NCBI GenBank assembly: GCA_964607155.1
Contig: CAZSIF010000003.1
Location: 19,498-83,497, forward strand
Length of the DNA: 64,000 bases
Origin: an uncultured Oscillospiraceae bacterium
Lineage (GTDB): Bacteria > Bacillota > Clostridia > Christensenellales > CAG-314
Reading direction: 5' to 3'
The position numbers were made by a program, and so were the translations under genes. This document shows, one piece after another, positions 57,606-64,000 of the stretch. Positions within the stretch are counted from its first letter, which is position 1; each line of letters opens with the position of its first letter. Below the pieces are notes generated by a model that saw only the letters and a program-made list of their open reading frames with translations, did no database searches and was not told the DNA's origin.

Positions 57606-58052
57606 GTGTTTTTGGTTGGAAATTACCAGCATTCGCTGGACGACAAAAACAGAATAAGATTGCCGGCAAAGCATCGTGAACAGATGGGCACAAAATATAT
57701 TTTGATGCCCGGTATGAACGGATGTATTTTTGTGTATCCCGAGGATGGAGAGCAAAGGCTGATACAGGCGATGCAGGAGTTGGATTCGTTTGATCCCGAT
57801 CAAGCTGAGTGGCTAAGAAGCTTGACGGAATATTCCGACATGGTGGAGGCGGATTCGCAAGGAAGGTTTATGCTTTCCAAGGATTTAATCGACCTGTGCG
57901 GTATCAAAAAGGATGTGCGTGTTGTCGGAGCGATAAACAAGGTGGAAATTTGGAGCGAGGAAGCTTACCTTGCTCGCAGAAAATCGCAGGATACCTCCGC
58001 TCAAGCATTTGATGAACGTTACAGAAGTCTGCACAAGGCGATGAACAAATGA
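57606..58052 (+). CDS. mraZ: Transcriptional regulator MraZ
   Basis: A GTG start follows AGAGGTGA. FLVGNYQHSLDDKNRIRLPAKHRE and a second DxxGR repeat (DSQGRFMLSKDL) are present. Confidence 0.92.
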   Translation: MFLVGNYQHSLDDKNRIRLPAKHREQMGTKYILMPGMNGCIFVYPEDGEQRLIQAMQELDSFDPDQAEWLRSLTEYSDMVEADSQGRFMLSKDLIDLCGIKKDVRVVGAINKVEIWSEEAYLARRKSQDTSAQAFDERYRSLHKAMNK

Positions 58053-58981
58053 TTTTTTCTCACAAATCCGTACTGCTTGATGAATGTATTCAAGCCCTAA
58101 ATATCAAACCCGATGGAATTTATGTTGATTGCACTGCGGGCGGCGGCGGTCACTCCTTGCAAATACTAAATCGATTGTCCGATAAAGGCAGACTTATTTG
58201 TATCGATAAGGACGAGGAAGCCTTGGCTGTTTGCAGAGAGCGGTTAGATAAGAATAATGTCACTTTTGTTCATAGTGATTTCAAGAATCTGCCAAAAGTC
58301 TTATCGGAGCTTAACATTGACGGTGTTGATGGTATTCTTGCGGATTTGGGCGTAAGCTCATATCAAATAGATAATCCTGAAAGAGGTTTTTCGTATATGG
58401 CAAGCGATGCTCCACTTAGCATGAAGATGGACGCATCGCAAAAGCTTTCCGCCTACGAGGTGGTCAATCTCTATGATGAGCGGCGACTTTACGAAATAAT
58501 ACGCGATTACGGCGAGGACAAATTTGCCGCCGTGATAGCAAAAAATATTGTTTTAAGGCGACAAGTTCACCCAATCGAAACGTGCGGGCAACTTGTTGAA
58601 ATAATAGAACGGTCAGTTCCGTTTGCAGCACGGAAGGCCGGCGGGCATCCCGCAAAAAAAACATTTCAGGCGCTGCGAATAGAGGTCAATGGCGAGCTTG
58701 ATGGTCTTGACGAATTTTTGTCGGCGGCGGTGGACGGATTAAACAGCGGTGGACGTATTGCCGTGATTACCTTCCATTCGTTAGAGGATAGGATAGTTAA
58801 ACGCAGCTTTGTTGATTTTTCGACGGACTGCATCTGTCCACCCAAGTTACCCGTGTGCGTGTGTAATCATCGTGCCAAGGGACGCTTGATAACGAAAAAG
58901 CCGATTTTACCATCGGCGGCGGAGTTGCAAGAAAACTCCCGTTCGCAAAGTGCCAAACTGAGAGTGCTTGAAAAGCTGTAA
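58049..58981 (+). CDS. rsmH: 16S rRNA (cytosine1402-N4)-methyltransferase RsmH
   Basis: HKSVLLDECIQAL...YVDCTAGGGGHS...DLGVSSYQID...FHSLEDRIVK. ATGA overlap with mraZ. Confidence 0.95.
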   Translation: MIFSHKSVLLDECIQALNIKPDGIYVDCTAGGGGHSLQILNRLSDKGRLICIDKDEEALAVCRERLDKNNVTFVHSDFKNLPKVLSELNIDGVDGILADLGVSSYQIDNPERGFSYMASDAPLSMKMDASQKLSAYEVVNLYDERRLYEIIRDYGEDKFAAVIAKNIVLRRQVHPIETCGQLVEIIERSVPFAARKAGGHPAKKTFQALRIEVNGELDGLDEFLSAAVDGLNSGGRIAVITFHSLEDRIVKRSFVDFSTDCICPPKLPVCVCNHRAKGRLITKKPILPSAAELQENSRSQSAKLRVLEKL

Positions 58982-59005
58982 TTATCCATTAAGGCGGTGA
59001 ATATA

Positions 59006-59638
59006 ATGCAAAGGAACGAATTTTTTGGAAGAGCCGATAATAACGTGGACGTCTACGCAGATGTTGCCACTACCTTTGGCAACGGTTTTTCTCAACAAAG
59101 CAATGTTGTACAGGAACAGGAAACGCAGGAGTTTTCACTTGCAAGCATTCAAGAAAAGCTTGGAGCCTTTGCTAACGTTGATAGTGAAGCTAACGTCGGT
59201 ACGCCAGACGTAATGCCGACAACGCAAACACTCAATATGAGTTTTGAGCGCAACTATTCGTCGCAATCGACGGCTCGCGCAAAAACGGATACTCGCACAA
59301 AAGTTGCCGTTGCAAGCTACACCGCATTGGTGTTGTGTTTGGTTATAGCGGTCACGTTGTGTGCTGTTGCCGTAGGTAACAGCTTTACGAATTTTGTTGC
59401 TACGGATGCAAAATACAGTGAGTTGTTGGATCGGGCACAGCAGCTTGAGGGACAGCTTGGGGTGGATAACACCGCGCAGTTGTTTGAAAAGGCTACCGAG
59501 CTCGGATACGTTGACGCATCGGGAACAAACACTCGTACCTACGAAAGATTGGAAACAAGGCCCATGCAAAATCTCGAGGTGCAAACAAATTGGTTTGATG
59601 CTTTGCGTGATTGGCTTTTCGAGGTGTTTGGAGGCTGA
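59006..59638 (+). CDS. Putative FtsL-like cell-division membrane protein (called from position)
   Basis: Has a single TM helix (VAVASYTALVLCLVIAVTLCAVAV) and sits in the slot between rsmH and the PBP gene. The sequence itself is not diagnostic. Confidence 0.5.
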   Translation: MQRNEFFGRADNNVDVYADVATTFGNGFSQQSNVVQEQETQEFSLASIQEKLGAFANVDSEANVGTPDVMPTTQTLNMSFERNYSSQSTARAKTDTRTKVAVASYTALVLCLVIAVTLCAVAVGNSFTNFVATDAKYSELLDRAQQLEGQLGVDNTAQLFEKATELGYVDASGTNTRTYERLETRPMQNLEVQTNWFDALRDWLFEVFGG

Positions 59639-59639
59639 A

Positions 59640-61373
59640 TTGCAGCTTAATTACTATATTTCAAAAAAAAGATTGCTGACACTTTTGGTGGCGGCAATTT
59701 TTTTATTTTGCGGAATATTTTTTCGTTTGGCGTATATACAAGTAGTTTGGGGCAAGGAGTTGCAAGCAAAGGCAGAGTTGCAGTGGCAACGCTCTTTGCC
59801 GATAAAAGCATATAGGGGTGATATAGTCGATTGCAACGGAGCGGTTCTTGCTGCATCGGAAACCGTCTACACGGTGTATGCACGTCCGCAAAGCGTGCTT
59901 GAGCCTGCGGATGCAGCAAGTGAGCTTGCTGTGCTTTTGGATAAGTCGTACGATGACGTGTATGAAAAAATCACGCGTAGGGGCATATCTGAGGTTGCAA
60001 TAAAAAGGCAAATAGATGAAGCTACTGCCGAAAGAATACGAGAGCTGGGACTTGACGGAGTATATCTTGCCTCGGAAGGTAAGCGCGTTTACCCATATGG
60101 CGAGCTGCTTGCGCAGGTGTTGGGTTTTGTATCCTCCGACGGGGCAGGACAGACGGGATTGGAAGCATATTACGATAAATACTTGAAAGGTGTCGACGGT
60201 AGTTTGCTTACGGAAACTGATCTTGTCGGAAAGGAACTTGATGAAAGCGAAACTACCTACTTGCCGTCGGTTGACGGCTTTACGGTACAGCTGACGATAG
60301 ACCTCGGTATTCAAGCCATTGTGGAAAACGTTTTGCAGCTGGCACTGTATCAACAGGGGGCAACTGCCACGAGGTGTATTGTTTTGGACGTGACTGATGG
60401 CAGAATTTTGGCAATGGGGGCAAAACCCTCGGTCGATTTGAATAAACTGCCGCGCGATGACGTGCAGACCTTAATGAAAAACTCTAAAAACACGTTACTT
60501 ACGGATATCTACGAGCCGGGGTCCACGTTCAAGTTACTCACAGCCGCTGCGTGCTTGGAGGAGTATAAAAATGGCAACCCAAAGGCGTTTTCGCCCCAGT
60601 ACGTTTTTAGCTCGTCCGGCACAAGGATGATCGATGGCTCAAAAATAAGCTGTTGGACAAAACACATTAACGGTAAGCACTCCAATCAAACGCTTTCCGA
60701 CGCTTTGTGTAATAGCTGCAATCCTGTTTTTACGGATATTGCTTTGTCGCTCGGAAAAGAAACAATGTATGAATACCTTGATAAATTCGGGTACGGTAGC
60801 GTTACTGGCATAGATTTTGATGGTGAGCAGTCTGGTTTGCTGGTTTCGCTTACATCGGTGACTAATGGCGACCTTGCGCGCATAGGATTTGGACAAAGTA
60901 TTGCCGTAACTCCGCTGCAGCTTTGTATGGCAACCGCAGCTGCCGTCAACGGAGGGCTTCTTTACAAACCGTATTTGGTTAGTGAGATTGTGGATTCCGT
61001 TACCGGCAAAACAGTTTATCGCAATTATCCAACTGTAAAGAATCGCGTCGTGAGTCGACAAACGAGCGAGTTGCTTACGCAAATGTTGCGACGTGTGGTT
61101 GCGGAGGGAGGTGGTAAAAAAGCCGATGTTAAAGGATATCAGGTGGGAGGGAAAACAGGCACGGCGCAAAAGTTTGTTAACGGCGCATTAGATGTTGGAA
61201 AGTACGTTTCGTCCTTTATCGGCTTTTTCCCTGCAAGTAGCCCAAAATATCTTATTTTGTTTATTGTGGACGAACCGCAGGGGCAAAGCTACGGCTCAGT
61301 GGTTGCCGCACCTTATGCGGGAACGATAATAACCGAGTTGGTAAAGTATAAGGAAATAGCCCCTTTGGAGTAA
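59640..61373 (+). CDS. Class B penicillin-binding protein (FtsI/SpoVD-like transpeptidase, no PASTA domains)
   Basis: A TTG at 59640 lies 5 nt after GGAGG; the alternative ATG is at 59598. The ORF-track start at 59394 overlaps the previous gene. Motifs STFK (PGSTFKLLT), SCN and KTGT are present. Confidence 0.88.
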   Translation: MQLNYYISKKRLLTLLVAAIFLFCGIFFRLAYIQVVWGKELQAKAELQWQRSLPIKAYRGDIVDCNGAVLAASETVYTVYARPQSVLEPADAASELAVLLDKSYDDVYEKITRRGISEVAIKRQIDEATAERIRELGLDGVYLASEGKRVYPYGELLAQVLGFVSSDGAGQTGLEAYYDKYLKGVDGSLLTETDLVGKELDESETTYLPSVDGFTVQLTIDLGIQAIVENVLQLALYQQGATATRCIVLDVTDGRILAMGAKPSVDLNKLPRDDVQTLMKNSKNTLLTDIYEPGSTFKLLTAAACLEEYKNGNPKAFSPQYVFSSSGTRMIDGSKISCWTKHINGKHSNQTLSDALCNSCNPVFTDIALSLGKETMYEYLDKFGYGSVTGIDFDGEQSGLLVSLTSVTNGDLARIGFGQSIAVTPLQLCMATAAAVNGGLLYKPYLVSEIVDSVTGKTVYRNYPTVKNRVVSRQTSELLTQMLRRVVAEGGGKKADVKGYQVGGKTGTAQKFVNGALDVGKYVSSFIGFFPASSPKYLILFIVDEPQGQSYGSVVAAPYAGTIITELVKYKEIAPLE

Positions 61374-61436
61374 GCTACGGAATATCCGTGTGGCTATGTA
61401 AATAGAATAGAATATCGACGTGCTATCGGTAATTAC

Positions 61437-62885
61437 ATGATAAAAAAGGAGCTTTGCGTGCGGTTAGAGCGTTTGCTTGAGAACGTTGATTGCAAAATTG
61501 TTGGTGACGGCTCGCGTGAAATAACTGGTCTTGCTTGCGATACCTCTAAGGTGAAGGAAGGGTGTTTATTCTTTTGTATAAATGGAAGGCGGCACGACGG
61601 ACACAATTACTTTCGCAAAGCTTTGGGGGACGGAGCTGTGGCTATTGTGTGCGAAAGGAAGCTTGACACGCAAGCTACACAGGTAATCGTGAAAGACGCG
61701 CGTAGGACAATGGCGGTGCTTGCAAAGAGTTTTTATGGTGCACACGCTGATGATTTGAAGTTTATCGGCATTGTAGGCACGAACGGAAAAACGTCAACCT
61801 CGTATATACTGGAGGCAATTCTTTCTCATGCGGGCTACAACGTGGGCGTGATAGGGACAAACGGAGTTTTTTTTAATGGTAGGCGTTACGCCTCGTCCTT
61901 GACCACGCCTGATCCGATAGAACTGCATTATTGGTTTGAACAAATGTATCTAAGTCGAGTTAAGGTTGTGGTTTTGGAAGTGTCGGCGCATGCAATTTAT
62001 TTACAAAAGGTATATGGTGTTAAATTCGATTTTGCCGTTTTTACTAACCTTTCGCATGACCATTTGGATTACTTTAGGACTATGGAAAACTATGCGAGGG
62101 TTAAAGAAAGCTTTTTTTGTCAAGAATACGTTGAGCAGGCAATTGTAAACGTCGATGACGATCTCGGACGAAAAATTGCCGCAGGTGTAAAAGCGTGCAC
62201 ATCTTACGCCTTGACCGCCCCTGCGGATGTTACTGCGGAATGTGAGACTCCGGATGTGTGTAACTTTGTTGCACATATTCACGGTTTTAGTGTTAATATT
62301 CAATCTTCGCTTCGCGGAAGGTTTAACGTTTACAATCTGCTTGCGGCGATAACGTGTGCCGCGGCGCTCGGAGTTGATACGGCAAGTATAACCGAAGGGA
62401 TAGCATTGATAAACACCATCGAGGGTAGAAATGAGACTTTTGTTCGCGAGGACGGGGCTCGGATTGTTGTGGATTTTGCCCACACGCCTGATGGCGTTGA
62501 GAATATTCTTTCGTATCTAAAGCGTGGTTCGCAGCGGTTGATAGTTGTGTTTGGTTGCGGTGGAAATAGGGATAAGCTCAAGCGGCCGCTTATGGCGCAG
62601 GCAGTTGCGCGCTATGCGGATTACGCAATCGTAACAAACGATAATCCTCGCTTTGAAAGTCCTATTGAAATAGTCGAAGATATCGTGAGCGGTCTGAGCT
62701 GCGAATACAAAGTGATTCTTAATAGGGCACAAGCAGTAAGGGAAGCAATTCGGCGCGCTGATTCGGGTGATGTTGTGGCTGTCTTGGGTAAGGGGGCGGA
62801 ATCATATCAGGAGGTCAATGGGCGCAAAATCCTTTATTCGGATGTCGATACCGTGTGTGAAATATTAAGAAACGGTGGCGCGTAG
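61437..62885 (+). CDS. murE: UDP-N-acetylmuramoyl-L-alanyl-D-glutamate--2,6-diaminopimelate ligase
   Basis: GIVGTNGKTST P-loop and a DNPR motif (TNDNPRFE) indicating meso-DAP specificity. Confidence 0.92.
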   Translation: MIKKELCVRLERLLENVDCKIVGDGSREITGLACDTSKVKEGCLFFCINGRRHDGHNYFRKALGDGAVAIVCERKLDTQATQVIVKDARRTMAVLAKSFYGAHADDLKFIGIVGTNGKTSTSYILEAILSHAGYNVGVIGTNGVFFNGRRYASSLTTPDPIELHYWFEQMYLSRVKVVVLEVSAHAIYLQKVYGVKFDFAVFTNLSHDHLDYFRTMENYARVKESFFCQEYVEQAIVNVDDDLGRKIAAGVKACTSYALTAPADVTAECETPDVCNFVAHIHGFSVNIQSSLRGRFNVYNLLAAITCAAALGVDTASITEGIALINTIEGRNETFVREDGARIVVDFAHTPDGVENILSYLKRGSQRLIVVFGCGGNRDKLKRPLMAQAVARYADYAIVTNDNPRFESPIEIVEDIVSGLSCEYKVILNRAQAVREAIRRADSGDVVAVLGKGAESYQEVNGRKILYSDVDTVCEILRNGGA

Positions 62886-62908
62886 AATATAAGCTGTTTG
62901 GAGGTGGC

Positions 62909-63901
62909 ATGACAACGGTATTACACTTCATTTTGTCCTTTTTTGTGTCGTTACTGCTAACGATTGTTTTGCTACCGATATTAAAAAGGTTAAAGGTCGG
63001 GCAAGAGATATTGCAGTATGTTACGGAACATAGCAAAAAGCAGGGCACGCCTACAATGGGTGGCGTTGCTTTTATCGTTACGGTGTGTTTCTGTGGTGGT
63101 ATCTTTTGCGATAAAAGTAACAAAACCGTGTGGGTTGCCATTGCCGTGTTTTTTGCCTATGGGGTTATAGGTTTTCTTGACGATTTTATTAAGGTGAAGT
63201 TCAAACGAAATCTCGGCTTACTCCCATATCAAAAAATAATTTCACAGTTGGCTGTTGCAGTATTGGTGTCTGTGTTTGCATACAATGAGGTTTCTGTTGG
63301 TGGACAGCTTAGCTTGCCTTTTTCAGAAAAGACAATAAACATCGGCGGCTGGATAATTCCGCTTGCAGCTTTTGTGTTTTTGGCTTGTTCGAACGGAGTT
63401 AACCTGACAGACGGCATAGACGGTTTAGCGACAAGCACGACAATCAGCTATCTTATAGGCATTGTCCTATTGCTTGAAAAAGAACGTATTGCGGCAGATA
63501 GTGTTGGAGATACCTATGCGGTGCAAACGGTGGAGCAGCTAAGTGTTTTGTGCGTTGTTGCAATAGGTGCGTTGTGCGCTTTTTTAATTTTTAACGTCAA
63601 CGATGCAAAAATCTTTATGGGCGATACTGGCTCACTTGCCTTGGGTGCGCTGGTGGCAAGTGTGTCGATTTTTTCACGCATGACGCTGTTTGTGCCAATT
63701 ATAGGTGTGATGTTCGTGGTAAGCTGTGTGTCGGTAATCGTTCAAGTTGGTTATTACAAGCTTTCAGACGGAAAACGAGTGTTTTTAATGGCGCCGTTCC
63801 ATCATCATTTGCAAAAGAAAAAATGGAGCGAATCGCGCATTTGCGTGCTTTACTGTGTTGTGACAATGCTTTTTATTCTTGTATTGTGGGGTTTTGCATA
63901 A
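62909..63901 (+). CDS. mraY: Phospho-N-acetylmuramoyl-pentapeptide transferase
   Basis: GTPTMGG, DDFIKV, NLTDGIDGLA and MGDTGSLALG are present, with a C-terminal APFHHHL. Confidence 0.95.
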   Translation: MTTVLHFILSFFVSLLLTIVLLPILKRLKVGQEILQYVTEHSKKQGTPTMGGVAFIVTVCFCGGIFCDKSNKTVWVAIAVFFAYGVIGFLDDFIKVKFKRNLGLLPYQKIISQLAVAVLVSVFAYNEVSVGGQLSLPFSEKTINIGGWIIPLAAFVFLACSNGVNLTDGIDGLATSTTISYLIGIVLLLEKERIAADSVGDTYAVQTVEQLSVLCVVAIGALCAFLIFNVNDAKIFMGDTGSLALGALVASVSIFSRMTLFVPIIGVMFVVSCVSVIVQVGYYKLSDGKRVFLMAPFHHHLQKKKWSESRICVLYCVVTMLFILVLWGFA

Positions 63902-63905
63902 TAAT

Positions 63906-64000
63906 ATGTTAAACATAGTAGTATACGGATGCGGAAAAACAGGTAAATGCGTAGCTGAATTACTGCAGAGGCAGGGAAAAGATTTCCGCTTTTTTGACGA
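63906..64000 (+). CDS. murD: UDP-N-acetylmuramoylalanine--D-glutamate ligase, N-terminal fragment (continues beyond window)
   Basis: The ATG at 63906 gives MLNIVVYGCGKTGKCVAELLQRQGKDFRFFD, a Rossmann-type GxGxxG N-terminus, in the expected dcw position after mraY. Confidence 0.6.
   Translation, partial: MLNIVVYGCGKTGKCVAELLQRQGKDFRFFD

Overview
This looks like a chromosomal segment from a spore-forming Bacillota (Clostridia-like) genome, mostly core genes in conserved Firmicute order. From left to right: a partial XRE/TPR regulator, an alpha/beta hydrolase, tRNA-Ser(GCU), a stand-alone Spo0A C-domain paralog and a MATE exporter. Next come two membrane proteins with a TetR regulator, a copA-csoR copper module, and the yqfC-yqfD-phoH-yqfF-ybeY-era-yqzL-recO cluster, followed by a TGS/uridine-kinase-family gene. 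A roughly 3.3 kb island of low coding density (19.6-23.0 kb) follows. After it: tex, a metallophosphoesterase, an XRE membrane protein, typA, glmS, galK plus a GH2 beta-galactosidase, a YbaK-like editing protein, sigK, a radical SAM enzyme, a split chrA pair, a nucleoside phosphorylase, an AraC regulator, an M42 peptidase and an arsR-HMA-cadA metal module. The window ends with a collagen-like BclA-type gene, csp, a DUF218 gene, an M-box riboswitch with mgtE, spo0A, a TetR regulator, two Cys-containing hypotheticals, a phosphoesterase, and the start of the dcw cluster (mraZ-rsmH-ftsL-like-pbp-murE-mraY-murD). I saw no CRISPR array, rRNA, transposase, integrase or recognisable defence genes. The best candidate for something new is the 19.6-23.0 kb island. 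It holds a perfect TTGACA/TATAAT promoter whose 19-nt spacer ends in a G10 homopolymer, which is the architecture of a slipped-strand phase-variation switch. That promoter drives a long structured leader and an orphan prepilin-signal protein with GLUG/beta-helix-like repeats. The gene is bracketed by inverted copies of a roughly 90-bp structured repeat, so the leader and a possible downstream small transcript would be mutually complementary. Other notable points: Spo0A has a degenerate, apparently non-phosphorylatable receiver domain. There is a separate Spo0A C-domain-only paralog. The ORF track misses a yqzL-like micro-ORF. CopA carries a fused CopZ-like domain that retains its own SD and ATG. 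An HMA protein is separated from its Cd/Zn-type ATPase by a single in-frame stop. Three 10-bp-phased repeats over the mraZ promoter look like MraZ boxes. All functional calls come from reading the translations and motifs by eye; no database search was run.
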